A stretch of 64,000 bases of DNA from an uncultured Chloroflexia bacterium (GCA_963752475.1 CAVVYR010000014.1:98721-162720); one strand, 5' to 3'; positions 39,239 through 49,821 are shown, counted from the stretch's first letter. Notes: generated by a model from the letters alone, not told the origin. Numbers and translations are program-made.

Positions 39239-40812
39239 TGAGGGTCCTCGTCGCTGAGAAGCTCGCTCCAGAGGGCATCGCCCTCCTGCAGGAAGACCAC
39301 GAGGTCGACGTCCGGCTCGGCATGTCGCGTGAGGAGTACCTCGCCGCCCTGCCCGAGTACGAGGCGCTGCTCGTGCGCAGTGGCGTCAAGGCGGACGCCG
39401 AAGCCATCGCCGTGGGCAAGAAGCTCGTCGTCATCGGTCGTGCCGGGGTGGGCGTGGACAACATCGACATCCCCGCCGCAACGGAGGCCGGCATCACCGT
39501 GGTCAACGCCCCCACCGGCAACACCACCGCCGCTGCCGAGCACACCATCGCCCTGCTCTTCGCGTTGTCGCGCAACATCCCCGCTGCCGATGCCTCCATG
39601 CACGCCGGCGACTGGAACCGTGCGGCCTTCATGGGCCGCGAGCTGGTGGACAAGACGCTCGGCGTCATCGGCTTGGGCAAGATCGGGATGGCCGTGGCCG
39701 ACCGTGCCCGTGCCCTGGGCATGAACGTCCTGGGCTACGACCCCTACGTCACCGACGATGCGGCCAAGACCCACGGCATCGAGCGCATGACGGTGGCAGA
39801 GATCCTCAAGGCCGCCGATGCCATCACCGTGCACGTGCCCAAGACCAAGGACACGGCCAACCTGATCTCGACCGAAGAGCTGGCCACGATGAAGCCGCAC
39901 GCCTGGATCATCAACGTGGCTCGCGGCGGGGTCGTCGACGAGGCCGCGCTGGCCACTGCCCTCGAGGCCGGCACCATCGCCGCCGCCGCGGTCGATGTCT
40001 ACTCGTCGGAGCCGCCCGCGGCGGACAACCCGCTGCTCACCGCGCCCAACATCATCCTCACGCCACACCTCGGCGCCTCCACCGCGGAGGCCCAGACGCG
40101 CGTCGGCGTGGAGGCGGCTGAGCAGGTGCGTGAAGTGCTCGCCGGTCGCTCGGCGCGCTACGCCATCAATGCCCCCATGCTCACGCCGGAGACGGCCGAC
40201 GCACTCGCGCCGTACATCCCACTGGCTCGCACGCTGGGTCAGTTCTACGCCCAGTTCTCCGAGGAGATGGGTGATCTCACGCTCGAGGTCGCCGGCGAAC
40301 TCTCCGAGTTCGAGGCAGGGCCACTGGTGGCCGCGGCGCTCGGTGGGATCCTCGAACAGCACACCGAGGAGCGCGTCAACGTCATCAACGCCGGCGCCCT
40401 GGCCAAGGCCCGCGGCATCGATCTCTCGACCGTCCATACCCAGGATGCCGGCCGCTTCTCGTCGTTGCTGACGCTCAGGGGCGGCCAGCGCTCGGTGGCC
40501 GGCACCGTCTCGTTCGGCGACGAACCGCGCCTCGTGGCGCTCGATGGCTACGAGGTCGACCTCGCGCCGGCCGCACACATGTTGGTCTCGCGTCACCAGG
40601 ATCGACCGGGCGCCATCGGCACTGTCGGCCGCATCATGGGTGAGGCGGACATCAACATCAGCAACATGCACCTGGGTCGGTCCGACAAGCGCTCGATCGC
40701 CTTCATGGTCCTGGCGCTCGACGAGGATGTCCCCGAGTCAGTGGCCCAACAGGTCCGCTCCTACGAGGGCATGATCGACGTCTGGCTCATCAACCTCGAC
40801 CTGCCGTCCTGA
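39238..40812 (+). CDS. serA: D-3-phosphoglycerate dehydrogenase (with ASB and ACT domains)
   Basis: GRAGVGVDNID, NAPTGNT.AAAEH, GLGKIG, INVARGG, TPHLGASTAEAQ, ACT 'HQDRPG.IG..G'; TGATG overlap. Confidence 0.96.
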   Translation: MRVLVAEKLAPEGIALLQEDHEVDVRLGMSREEYLAALPEYEALLVRSGVKADAEAIAVGKKLVVIGRAGVGVDNIDIPAATEAGITVVNAPTGNTTAAAEHTIALLFALSRNIPAADASMHAGDWNRAAFMGRELVDKTLGVIGLGKIGMAVADRARALGMNVLGYDPYVTDDAAKTHGIERMTVAEILKAADAITVHVPKTKDTANLISTEELATMKPHAWIINVARGGVVDEAALATALEAGTIAAAAVDVYSSEPPAADNPLLTAPNIILTPHLGASTAEAQTRVGVEAAEQVREVLAGRSARYAINAPMLTPETADALAPYIPLARTLGQFYAQFSEEMGDLTLEVAGELSEFEAGPLVAAALGGILEQHTEERVNVINAGALAKARGIDLSTVHTQDAGRFSSLLTLRGGQRSVAGTVSFGDEPRLVALDGYEVDLAPAAHMLVSRHQDRPGAIGTVGRIMGEADINISNMHLGRSDKRSIAFMVLALDEDVPESVAQQVRSYEGMIDVWLINLDLPS

Positions 40813-40813
40813 C

Positions 40814-41521
40814 GTGATCAGGCCGGTCCGGCTCGCGCTCATCCGTCACGGTGAGTCCGCCTGGATCGTCGAGGGACGCTTCCAGGGGCAGGGTGATCCG
40901 CTGCTGTCGGTGACCGGGGAGCGGCAGGCCGCTGCCGTCGGCGCTCGTATGGCCGCCACGGCCCAGATGCCGTCGGTGCCCGTGCCGGACGGCCCACCAC
41001 AGGCCATCTGGCACTCACCGCTTCTGCGCGCCGCCCAGACAGCGGAGGCGATCCGCTCCGCTCGCGGTGCGGACGCGCCGCTACGGCCGCTCGCCGAGCT
41101 GATGGAGCTGGGGCAGGGCGAGTGGGAAGGCCGCACACACGCCGAGGTCGGCGAGCGCTGGCCCCACGAGCTGTCCGCCTGGCGTGATGACCCGCTGAAC
41201 AACCACGCCCCGGGCGGCGAGTCGCTCCGCGACGGCAAGGTCCGCGTCCGCCGGGCCCTCGACACGATCCTGCTGGGTGAACCGGCCAGCGGCGAGGAGA
41301 AGCCCTGGGCCATCGTCGTGGCCCACGACGGCATCCTGCGCCTGATGATGCTCGATCTGCTGGACATCGGCATCGAGCACTTCTGGTCGTTCCCGTTGAC
41401 CCTTGCGTCGGTGACGGTCGTCGACCTCAGCAGCGATGTCGCGCAACTGCGAGCACACAACCTCGACGCGCACATCGCGGCCCTGGGCCGCGTCACGGAG
41501 CGTCCGCCGGGCGCGCTCTAG
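40814..41521 (+). CDS. histidine phosphatase family protein (probable phosphoserine phosphatase)
   Basis: RHGES, 'FQGQ.D..LS', 'SPLLRA.QTA', 'GEWEG', PGGES, VAHDG. Confidence 0.85.
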   Translation: MIRPVRLALIRHGESAWIVEGRFQGQGDPLLSVTGERQAAAVGARMAATAQMPSVPVPDGPPQAIWHSPLLRAAQTAEAIRSARGADAPLRPLAELMELGQGEWEGRTHAEVGERWPHELSAWRDDPLNNHAPGGESLRDGKVRVRRALDTILLGEPASGEEKPWAIVVAHDGILRLMMLDLLDIGIEHFWSFPLTLASVTVVDLSSDVAQLRAHNLDAHIAALGRVTERPPGAL

Positions 41522-41527
41522 CCGAAG

Positions 41528-43840
41528 CTAGCGCCGCCAGCGCAGCGACAGCCGCAGCAAGGCGGTGCGGATGCGGGCATAGGCCCCGCGCAGCGCGCCC
41601 CGCCGCTCATCGCTCAGGTCTCGTTCGCCATACGTCGTCTGCACCTGAGCGTCTGTCACCACGTACAGATCGTCGCGCACCGTGGGAATGGCGTCGGACA
41701 GGGTGCCCGCGTACTCGTACTCCGTCTGGGATGGGTGTGGCCCATACCCCAGACGCGTGGCCAGGCTCACGATGCCGCGATAGGCCAGGCTGTCGTCGCC
41801 TTGAGGCAAGCGTCGCAGTCGATAGAGCAGAAGCAGACTGACCACGGCGGTCAGCAGCACCGCCAGCCCCGCGAAGCCGATGACGATGCCGGTCATGGGG
41901 CCACTCCCGCCGGAACCATCGGTCGCGAGCGGCTCGGGCGGGAGCGTCTCGAACGGCTCCTCCGCCTCCAACGGCTCTTCCGACGGAAGCGGCTCTTCCG
42001 ACGGGAACGGCTCTTCGATGGCCGCCTCCCCTTCGAGCAGGTTCGTGGGCAGCTGGCTGTAGTCGGCCAGGCCGGGTGTGGGGTCGAAGCGCACCCAGCC
42101 GTAGCCCGGGAAGTAGACCTCGACCCAGTTGTGGAGCGCCTGCTTCTCGACGATCCAGAGGCCGGACTCGTCGAGCGTCCCCGGGAGGTAGCCCGTGACG
42201 TAGCGCGCGGGCACGTCCATCGCCCGCATGACCATGACCATCGTCGTCGCGAACTGTTGGCAGAAGCCTTCTTCGATGGTCAAGAGGCACTCCGGGAAGG
42301 CCTCGAAGCCCTGGCACTGGTCGCCCAGGTCCTCTTCGTAGCGCATGAGCCGCAGCTCGTTCTGGACCGCGAGTGCCCGTTCGTACGCCGTCGCGTGCTC
42401 CGTACGGATGCGCTCGGCCATGGCCCGGGTCTTGGGCCCCACGATGCCCTCGTCGTCCGCGCCTTCGAGATAGGCCTCCAGCACCCACTCGGGGTAGTCG
42501 GTCCCGGCGGCTCGCAGCTGGCTCGCAGTGAGCGAGTCGACGCCGGCTTCGTAGTCGCGAACCCACGAGAGGAAGCGGACGACCTCCTCGGCCTCCAGCC
42601 GATCGGTGAACTCGATGTCGCTGATGCCCCCGCCCTCGGTGTAGCGGGCGTGCACATCATGGCTGTCGACCTGGAACACGTCAGGCGGCCGATAGAGGTT
42701 GGCCTGCGCCGGCGAGCCGTCACCGACCGCGATGCTCACCCGCAGCCGATGCGTGCCGCCGGTCTTGGCTTCGTCCGTGGCCCACAGTTGGCGGCCGGCC
42801 TCGACGACGGGTCGGTCCAATTCGGTGGTGGTCTCCCATCGACCCTGGCGGTAGTCGTATCGATCATCAGCCTTGCCCCACCAGTAGTTGCCAGACAGCC
42901 GCCCGTGCTCGATCTCGGCCGTGAAGGCGATGCCCACGCCCGGGTTCCACGTCGTCGAGAGCTGGGTGCTGGTACCCAGCGGCGGCGGCACGTCCTCCCC
43001 TGACGGCACGCCGAAGAAGCCCAGCATCTCGGAGATCTCATCGGCGAGGTCTTCCAGGGGTTCTTCGATCCCGTCGATGTTGATCTCCTGGGCCTCGAAC
43101 GTGGCCCAGACCGTGAGCGAGCTGGCGCTGAGCACCGCGATGAGTACGAAGGCGGTGCCAGTGCGGATGAAGAGGCGGCTCACGTCTCGCGTATCGGAGA
43201 TATGGCGACGAGCCCAGGCGTAGCGCTGCTGGACCAGCTGCAAGCGCATGAGCAGCAGCAGCGCCAATGCCGCGAACGTGGCCAGCACCGGTACCACCGG
43301 CAGGAGTTCCTCTTCGGATCGCAGCGTACCCAGCCCGACGTTGAGGAAGAGCAATGTGCCGACCGCCATGACGGCCGGTCCGCCACGGTCGTAGCGGAAG
43401 ATGCCGAAGGCCCCGAACTGCGCCGTGGTCCAGCAGATGGCGCCCATCACGAGGTACGTCGTGGTCTCACCGGAGAGGTCGTCCACGAGCGCGAGCCACA
43501 CCGCTTCCACGCGTACGCCGATCCCGTCGAGGTCCGATGGCAGAGGCGATGCGGCCAGTAGCCAGCCCCCGGCGATGAAGAGCAGGACGAAAGCGGCGAT
43601 CGCCGCCCCGATGACATGTGCCCGCACGACACCCAGCGAGCTGCGAGCCAGGAGATAGCCGATGAGCCCGGCTGCGAGCGTCACGATGGGCAGCGAGTCC
43701 GTCAGCGACCCTCGCTCGGTGACCACGAACGGACGCGAGTCGGCGACCGAGACGCCGAGCAGGACGAGCATGCCCAGCAGGAGGAGCAGGCTGGACCAGC
43801 CCTGCTCCGGACGGGTCAGGAGGTGTGGTCGTCGTCTCAT
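41528..43840 (-). CDS. membrane transglutaminase-like protein (TgpA-type)
   Basis: Multi-TM N-terminus; triad motifs GFCQQFA, HNWVEVYFPG.GW..FDPTP; C-terminal TM and DUF4129-like tail. Confidence 0.9.
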   Translation of the reverse strand: MRRRPHLLTRPEQGWSSLLLLLGMLVLLGVSVADSRPFVVTERGSLTDSLPIVTLAAGLIGYLLARSSLGVVRAHVIGAAIAAFVLLFIAGGWLLAASPLPSDLDGIGVRVEAVWLALVDDLSGETTTYLVMGAICWTTAQFGAFGIFRYDRGGPAVMAVGTLLFLNVGLGTLRSEEELLPVVPVLATFAALALLLLMRLQLVQQRYAWARRHISDTRDVSRLFIRTGTAFVLIAVLSASSLTVWATFEAQEINIDGIEEPLEDLADEISEMLGFFGVPSGEDVPPPLGTSTQLSTTWNPGVGIAFTAEIEHGRLSGNYWWGKADDRYDYRQGRWETTTELDRPVVEAGRQLWATDEAKTGGTHRLRVSIAVGDGSPAQANLYRPPDVFQVDSHDVHARYTEGGGISDIEFTDRLEAEEVVRFLSWVRDYEAGVDSLTASQLRAAGTDYPEWVLEAYLEGADDEGIVGPKTRAMAERIRTEHATAYERALAVQNELRLMRYEEDLGDQCQGFEAFPECLLTIEEGFCQQFATTMVMVMRAMDVPARYVTGYLPGTLDESGLWIVEKQALHNWVEVYFPGYGWVRFDPTPGLADYSQLPTNLLEGEAAIEEPFPSEEPLPSEEPLEAEEPFETLPPEPLATDGSGGSGPMTGIVIGFAGLAVLLTAVVSLLLLYRLRRLPQGDDSLAYRGIVSLATRLGYGPHPSQTEYEYAGTLSDAIPTVRDDLYVVTDAQVQTTYGERDLSDERRGALRGAYARIRTALLRLSLRWRR

Positions 43841-45108
43841 CCGGCCGCCTCGGATGCGCCGTTGCGCGTGCTCACGAGCTGCTCCCCCAGAGGGCGAGCG
43901 GGCCCGATGACGTAGGTGCGAACGTCGTGCTCGGCGAGGAGGTGGAGCAGCGATCGCAGCTCCTGCTCGCGCGGCTCCCGCTCTGACGGAGAGAGGGGCG
44001 CCCGACCGTCAGCCGCGATGGCCACCTCGAGGTGGGCCAAGGGATCGACGACGATGGCGATCGGTGCGACGCCGGCTTGTCGCAAGGCCGCGAGGGGCGC
44101 GACCCACGAACGATCGAGCGAGGGTGTGATGGCCAGCGCGACCGTGCCCTGGCGGAGCCGCGCCGAACCCTCGACCAGCATCTCGGCCAAGGTGGTGGTG
44201 CCTTCGGCTTGAGCCACCGCAAGGAGGCTCAGGACCTTGTGCTGCTGCCGGGCTCCCCGATCGGTGGCGATGACGGCCCGTCGCAGGCCGACGGCTTCCA
44301 TGCCCACACCGCGGTCGTCGCTCAGAGCATGAACGGCGAGGGCGGCCGCTGCCCTTACCGTCGTCTCGATGGTGCCGTGATCGCCAGAGCCGACATGGGC
44401 CGATCGATCGAGGTCGGTGAAGATCAGGAGATCGGCGGAGGGCTCGATGTCGAACTCCTTCACCTGCAGCTCCTGGTGGCGGGCGCTCGAGCGCCAGTGG
44501 ATGCGGTTGAAGGCATCACCCGGCGTATACGGCCGGACCGACGTCACGAGCGGCGTCCGGTGGGGCCCGTGTTCGGCTCGAGCGGATGAGCCCTCGATGG
44601 CCGCGGACGGCAGGTTCCAGCCCGGGAGCTGCTCCACCGGTGGGTACACGAGAACGGCTGAACCCGGCCCCACCGAGGCCACCGACTCGAAGAGCCCGAA
44701 CGGGTCGCCTGTGCGCACGACCATAGGGTCCACGCGGTACTGGCCGCGATGCGTGAGCGGCACCTTCGCCGCCCACGTGCGCGACATGCGCGGCCGCAGC
44801 GACACCACCCGGCCGGGGATGGCCACCGGGAGCGTGGAAGGACTGTGAGTCTCGAGCCAGGGCTTGGGGAGGCGAGCCGAGGAGCGCAGCGTGTACGTCA
44901 CCGACAGCGTGTCGCCAACGGTCGCATGCGAGCGGTCAAGCCACGAGCCAGCCTCGAGATTGGTCAGGCCGCGCCGCGCCAGCAGGTAGGCCATGCCGAC
45001 GACGATGAGGCCCAGGTAGAGGAAGAAGTGGACCTCGGTGGAGCCGGTCATAGCGGCGGCCGTGATGACCAAGCCGACGGTCAACAGGAAGCCAAGATTG
45101 CGCAGCAT
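43837..45108 (-). CDS. DUF58 domain protein
   Basis: 'RG.Y', 'DPFGLF', 'VYP', 'VRPYTPGD..NRIHWRSSAR..ELQVKEF'. Confidence 0.92.
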   Translation of the reverse strand: MLRNLGFLLTVGLVITAAAMTGSTEVHFFLYLGLIVVGMAYLLARRGLTNLEAGSWLDRSHATVGDTLSVTYTLRSSARLPKPWLETHSPSTLPVAIPGRVVSLRPRMSRTWAAKVPLTHRGQYRVDPMVVRTGDPFGLFESVASVGPGSAVLVYPPVEQLPGWNLPSAAIEGSSARAEHGPHRTPLVTSVRPYTPGDAFNRIHWRSSARHQELQVKEFDIEPSADLLIFTDLDRSAHVGSGDHGTIETTVRAAAALAVHALSDDRGVGMEAVGLRRAVIATDRGARQQHKVLSLLAVAQAEGTTTLAEMLVEGSARLRQGTVALAITPSLDRSWVAPLAALRQAGVAPIAIVVDPLAHLEVAIAADGRAPLSPSEREPREQELRSLLHLLAEHDVRTYVIGPARPLGEQLVSTRNGASEAAG

Positions 45109-45135
45109 CGCCGCCCTCGTGCCTGCCGGCGTGCG

Positions 45136-46110
45136 CTACGCCTGGCGCACCCCTTGAACCTCAGCGCTGGGCCGTGGTGCCTGGATGGGGACCGACATGA
45201 GCATCTCGCTGACGACGCCACCGCTTTCGACTCCGCGGATCGAGGCCGCGGTCTTGAGGATGACGCGGTGTGCCAGGGCCGGCTCGGCGAGCGCCTTGAC
45301 GTCGTCGGGGATGACGTAGTCCCGCCCGGTGAGCGCGGCGAACGCCTGGCTCGCGCGATAGAGCGCAAGCGAACCGCGTGGCGAAGCACCCAGGTAGACG
45401 TCCGGATGGGTGCGGGTGGCACTGACGAGACGGACGATGTAGTCGGAGATGGCTGGGTCGACATAGACCTCACGCACGGCGCGCTGCATCTCCAGCACGG
45501 CTGGACCGTCGGCCACGGGCTCCAGGTTGTCGACCGGGTGGGCCCGCTTCTGTTCGTCGAGGATGAGCATCTCATCCATCGGCTCGGGATAGCCCATGCG
45601 CAGCCGCAGCATGAAACGGTCCAACTGAGCCTCAGGTAGCGGGAACGTGCCCTCGTATTCGATGGGGTTCTGCGTGGCGATGACCATGAACGGCTCCGGC
45701 AGGGCCCGCGTGGTACCGTCCACCGTCATATGTCGCTCCTCCATCGCTTCGAGCAGCGCCGACTGCGTCTTGGGCGTGGCTCGGTTGATCTCATCGGCCA
45801 GCACGACCTGGCTCACCACGGGCCCCGCACGGAACTCGAACTCCTGGGTCTTCTGGTTGTAGATGGAGAGGCCCGTGACATCGGTCGGCAACAGGTCCGG
45901 TGTGAACTGGATACGCCGGAAGGTGCAGTCGAGGCTCTTGGACAACGCTCGGGCGAGCATCGTCTTGCCTGTGCCGGGTACGTCCTCGATGAGCAGATGG
46001 CCCTGGCACAGGAGTGCCACGAGGGCGAGACGAACCTCGCGGTGCTTGCCCACGATCACCCGCTCGACGTTGGCAGCGACTCGCTCTGCGGACTGCTGGA
46101 TCTCGGACAT
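45136..46110 (-). CDS. MoxR-family AAA+ ATPase
   Basis: [63 protein letters not shown]; start at the ATG after SD GAGGA. Confidence 0.96.
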   Translation of the reverse strand: MSEIQQSAERVAANVERVIVGKHREVRLALVALLCQGHLLIEDVPGTGKTMLARALSKSLDCTFRRIQFTPDLLPTDVTGLSIYNQKTQEFEFRAGPVVSQVVLADEINRATPKTQSALLEAMEERHMTVDGTTRALPEPFMVIATQNPIEYEGTFPLPEAQLDRFMLRLRMGYPEPMDEMLILDEQKRAHPVDNLEPVADGPAVLEMQRAVREVYVDPAISDYIVRLVSATRTHPDVYLGASPRGSLALYRASQAFAALTGRDYVIPDDVKALAEPALAHRVILKTAASIRGVESGGVVSEMLMSVPIQAPRPSAEVQGVRQA

Positions 46111-46327
46111 CAGAGGTACTTCCTCATCGCTGGGGCAGGCTACGCGGTCCGCCATGGTAGCCCGCCGATGAGATCAGGGTCGAGCGCTGCGCCCCCGTGA
46201 CCTTCGTTGGCGGGTGGCCACGGTACCGCCGTGCTGGTAGCCTGCGCACCACTCTGTCCTCTACCCTTCCGCACAGACGCTCTTCAGAAGACACTTTGCC
46301 TGCCCGCCGGAGACGCCCCTCAGCCTC

Positions 46328-48559
46328 ATGACCGACACGAAACTCCAGTCGTTCTGTGAACGCTGTGGCACGCGCTACACGTCCGACGCTCCCGTTCAGC
46401 CGCCCCCCACCGAGGGCGGCCGGAGCCGGCTGGGTCGCCTCGCGCGCAGAGGCTCGGATAAGGCCGAGGCGCAGCCACCGACGGTCTCGACCGCGGCTCC
46501 TTCCGCCGATGCCTTCGCCGGCACCTTCCACTTCTGCATGGACTGCCGGCAATACGTCTGTAGCAAGTGCTGGAACGGCGAAGCTGGCGGCTGCCTCACG
46601 GACCGACCGCCAAACCGCGCGGGTGAGACTGTCACCGGCGATGCCGCGATGTCCAGCCCGTTCGCTGCGAGCAACTACCGAACTCCGAGCAGCCCGAGCC
46701 CGCCCTCCGGCGACCTCGATGAGTGGGGCCGCCCGCGCAAGACGGCCGCCTCGACACCGGACACTCATGAGGGAACGGCGGTCGAGGGAGGCGTAGACCC
46801 TTGGCGCGGCGTGGTCTTCACCGACGATGAGCGCGATGCAGGCGGTGCCGGCACCGTTGCGTCGCCCGGGTCATCTGATCCTCCCAAGCCGGCCATCGAC
46901 TTCGGAGCCGCACGGGGTGCCCCCGCACCGTCCGAAGCTTGGCCGGAGACGGACCGGCGACAAGAGACACCGACCCCGGTCGAAGCGGACGCAAGCGCCT
47001 GGCCGCAGACGGATCGCCCACCGGAGCCGGAAGCCCCGGCGGCGCCCGAGCGCACCCCAGTATCCGAGCCCCAGCCGGATCCGACACCCGAGCCCGAACC
47101 CGTCGTGGCCGAACCCGAGCCGACACCCGAGCCGATGGCCGCTGAGCCGGAGCCCGAACCCGTCGTGGCCGAGCCCGAGCCGACACCCGAGCCGATGGCC
47201 GCTGAGCCGGAGCCCGAACCCGTCGTGGCCGAGCCCGAGCCGACACCCGAGCCGATGGCCGCTGAGCCGGAGCCCGAACCCGTCGTGGCCGAGCCCGAGC
47301 CGACACCCGAGCCGATGGCCGCTGAGCCGGAGCCCGAACCCGTCGTGGCCGAGCCCGAGCCGACACCCGAGCCGAGCCCGAGCCGCGAGCCCGAACCCGT
47401 CGTGGCCGAGCCCGAGCCGACACCCGAGCCGCCGAGCCGGAGCCGACACCCGAGCCCCAGCCGGAGCCGACACCCGAGCCCGAACCCGTCGTGGCCGAGC
47501 CGGAGCCGACACCCGAGCCAGCTGAGCCGCGAGCCCGAACCCGTCGTGGCCGAGCCGGAGCCGACACCCGAGCCCCAGCCGGAGCCGACACCCGAGCCCG
47601 AACCCGTCGTGGCCGAGCCGGAGCCGACACCCGAGCCCCAGCCGGAGCCGACACCCGAGCCCGAACCCGTCGTGGCCGAGCCGGAGCCGACACCCGAGCC
47701 CGAGCCGGAGCCGACACCCGAGCCCGAACCCGTCGTGGCCGAGCCGGAGCCTGACGCGGACGCTTCTCTTGCCGCAATGCTCGCGACCGCTGCTGAAGCA
47801 GCAGACGCCGCGGATCCGGCACCAGAGGATGCAGGAACTCCCGGTTTCGGGATGGCCGCCGCTGCGATCCTTGGCGATAGCGGTCGCGCAGACGAAGCCG
47901 AACCTGCCGCGGCCCCCGAGCCTGCTCCCGATCCCGCACCTGAGGGCCAGCCCGCAGCTGCGGCTGCCCCTCAGCCAGCGCGCCCGACCGAACCCACTGA
48001 CCCACCCGAGGCGCCACCCGAGTCTGTGCCGGCCCAAGCTGAACCGGCACCACAGCCGTTGCCACCCTCACCGATCGCACCGATCACGCCACCGGGCCAA
48101 CCCCCGACGCTGGAGGTCTGGAACCCGCCTTCTGGTAGCCGCCCGTTCGACCAGCCCTATCAGGCCCCGACGAACCCTCCGCCCCCGCCGCCTGAGCCAG
48201 CCACACCCGCGCAGGCTCCCCAACCCGAAGCGCCACCACCCCCGGCTCCAGCCGCGCAGACACCGCCGTCGGTGCCGCCGACGCCACCGGTCGCGACACC
48301 GCCCCAGCCAGTCACTCCGCCGCCGGTCGTGCCCATCGCTGTCACACCGCCGCCCGCTCCGGTGCAGCAAGCTTCCGCTGCGCCACCGCCGCAGCCGCCC
48401 GCCGGCTATGCGCCGATACCCCAGGCGCCAACCCCGCAGCAGTCGAACCGACCCGTGCCGGCAGCGAAGGGCACGACGGCCCATGCGTGCCCCAGGTGCG
48501 GACTGGCCCTCTCGAACCGAGCGCGCTTCTGCCGTCGCTGCGGCGCACCCCAGGGCTAG
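46328..48559 (+). CDS. Pro/Glu-rich repeat protein with N-terminal Cys cluster and C-terminal zinc ribbon
   Basis: CERC, CMDC..VC..C..C at the N-terminus; long PEPEP/PVVAE repeats; C-terminal CPRC...FCRRC. Confidence 0.8.
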   Translation: MTDTKLQSFCERCGTRYTSDAPVQPPPTEGGRSRLGRLARRGSDKAEAQPPTVSTAAPSADAFAGTFHFCMDCRQYVCSKCWNGEAGGCLTDRPPNRAGETVTGDAAMSSPFAASNYRTPSSPSPPSGDLDEWGRPRKTAASTPDTHEGTAVEGGVDPWRGVVFTDDERDAGGAGTVASPGSSDPPKPAIDFGAARGAPAPSEAWPETDRRQETPTPVEADASAWPQTDRPPEPEAPAAPERTPVSEPQPDPTPEPEPVVAEPEPTPEPMAAEPEPEPVVAEPEPTPEPMAAEPEPEPVVAEPEPTPEPMAAEPEPEPVVAEPEPTPEPMAAEPEPEPVVAEPEPTPEPSPSREPEPVVAEPEPTPEPPSRSRHPSPSRSRHPSPNPSWPSRSRHPSQLSREPEPVVAEPEPTPEPQPEPTPEPEPVVAEPEPTPEPQPEPTPEPEPVVAEPEPTPEPEPEPTPEPEPVVAEPEPDADASLAAMLATAAEAADAADPAPEDAGTPGFGMAAAAILGDSGRADEAEPAAAPEPAPDPAPEGQPAAAAAPQPARPTEPTDPPEAPPESVPAQAEPAPQPLPPSPIAPITPPGQPPTLEVWNPPSGSRPFDQPYQAPTNPPPPPPEPATPAQAPQPEAPPPPAPAAQTPPSVPPTPPVATPPQPVTPPPVVPIAVTPPPAPVQQASAAPPPQPPAGYAPIPQAPTPQQSNRPVPAAKGTTAHACPRCGLALSNRARFCRRCGAPQG
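47090..47750 (+). repeat. intragenic tandem repeats: 4 x 60 bp, degenerate junction, 3 x 63 bp
   Basis: 60-bp unit ([20 protein letters not shown]) near-identical at 47090-47329; 63-bp unit ([21 protein letters not shown]) at 47531-47719. Confidence 0.95.
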
Positions 48560-48571
48560 CGCCGGCCCACT

Positions 48572-49561
48572 CTAAAGGCGCGGCGCCTCTTGTCTCACTC
48601 GATCTCGGTCGCGTCGCAAGCGCGCGAACGCCGCGCCATACATCAGCACCTGGAACACGAGATACAGCCAGAGCATCGAGATGAACACGCTGCCCACGAT
48701 GCCCAGCGCGACCCAGTAGCGGACGAGGAGCGGCGCGATCCAGCCGAAGAGCGACGTGAAGCCGCCGATGATGAGACCGACCACGACCGCGGGCCAGAAT
48801 GCCTGGCGGAAGGTAGGTCCGTCTGTCGGGATGACGAGATAGATCAGTAGCACCGCCGCGAAGGCGATGCCCATGGCGCCGACGACGCCCACCGCGCTGC
48901 TGACCTCGGCGAAGTCGATGGCGCAGAAGCCATCCACCACGGGAGCCTCCAGCGACGCCAGCTCGCCACAACGTTGGTCGAGCCACTCGGTCACGAGGGG
49001 CAACGCGAAGATGACCACGACTGCCAGGACGAGCACTGCGAGGACGAGCACGACTGTGATGACCCCGTTGATGCGAGTCCGGAAGAAGTCGCGTCCACCA
49101 GGTCCGGGGAACATCCGCTGCATCGCACCCTGCAAGGCGCCGTAGAAGCCACTGGCGCCCCAGAGCAGGCCGATGACACCGATGATCGTGCCGGTGCGAC
49201 CGCTGTTGGCCAGGCCGTCGACGATGACCACTGCCAGATCACGGATCGGGTCGATCTGGTTCACCAGCTGATTGACCAGGTCCTCTCGTAGCGCGGCATC
49301 CTCGATGATGACGCCGAGCAGGCTCACGAAGAGCAGGATCGCGGGGACGAGCGCGAAGAACGAGAAGTACGCCAGCGCACCCGCGAGCATCCCTCCACCG
49401 CCCTGGTCATAAGCGCGATTGACGTCGAGCACAGCACGTATCGGGCGCGTCCGCATGACCGTCCGCAGCAGGGCATCGACGCGTCCTCGCCAGCCGAGGA
49501 CCGGTGGCTCGCGCTCAGCGCGTTCGGCCCGCGCGGGCGACTCGTCGTCTCCGCCGGTCAC
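48572..49561 (-). CDS. YihY/virulence factor BrkB family membrane protein
   Basis: 'AGALAYFSFFALVP', 'LLWGAS', 'LIYLVIP', 'MLWLYL....LMYGA.F'. Confidence 0.88.
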   Translation of the reverse strand: MTGGDDESPARAERAEREPPVLGWRGRVDALLRTVMRTRPIRAVLDVNRAYDQGGGGMLAGALAYFSFFALVPAILLFVSLLGVIIEDAALREDLVNQLVNQIDPIRDLAVVIVDGLANSGRTGTIIGVIGLLWGASGFYGALQGAMQRMFPGPGGRDFFRTRINGVITVVLVLAVLVLAVVVIFALPLVTEWLDQRCGELASLEAPVVDGFCAIDFAEVSSAVGVVGAMGIAFAAVLLIYLVIPTDGPTFRQAFWPAVVVGLIIGGFTSLFGWIAPLLVRYWVALGIVGSVFISMLWLYLVFQVLMYGAAFARLRRDRDRVRQEAPRL

Positions 49562-49806
49562 TCCTCAAGGTCCTCGAACAGCCCTGGCTGTACGTCAGCG
49601 GCACTGACGCCCTTGCGCTTCCGTGGCCGCAGCATCGAGCGTACCTGTGCGCGACGAACGTAGATCGTCCGGCCGGGCTGGATGGACTGCAGCTTGCCGT
49701 CCTTGGCCCAGCGAGCCAGCGTCGAGCGGCTGACCGACACACCGGCGTCGTTGAAGATGCGAACAGCCTCGGTCAGGGTGATCCAGTCGGACGGGGCGCG
49801 CGGCAT
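49558..49806 (-). CDS. small helix-turn-helix DNA-binding protein (MerR/excisionase-like)
   Basis: 'WITLTEA......VSRSTLARWAKDGKL'. Confidence 0.78.
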   Translation of the reverse strand: MPRAPSDWITLTEAVRIFNDAGVSVSRSTLARWAKDGKLQSIQPGRTIYVRRAQVRSMLRPRKRKGVSAADVQPGLFEDLEE

Positions 49807-49821
49807 GCTCGGATATGCCTC

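Noticed and set aside
47090-47750. Regular repeats as a CRISPR array
   Set aside because: Units are head-to-tail without unique spacers, have lengths divisible by 3, lie in a CDS, and no cas genes are present.
49558-49806. Excisionase indicating a prophage or ICE
   Set aside because: No integrase, phage or conjugation genes nearby; it sits inside a chromosomal operon.
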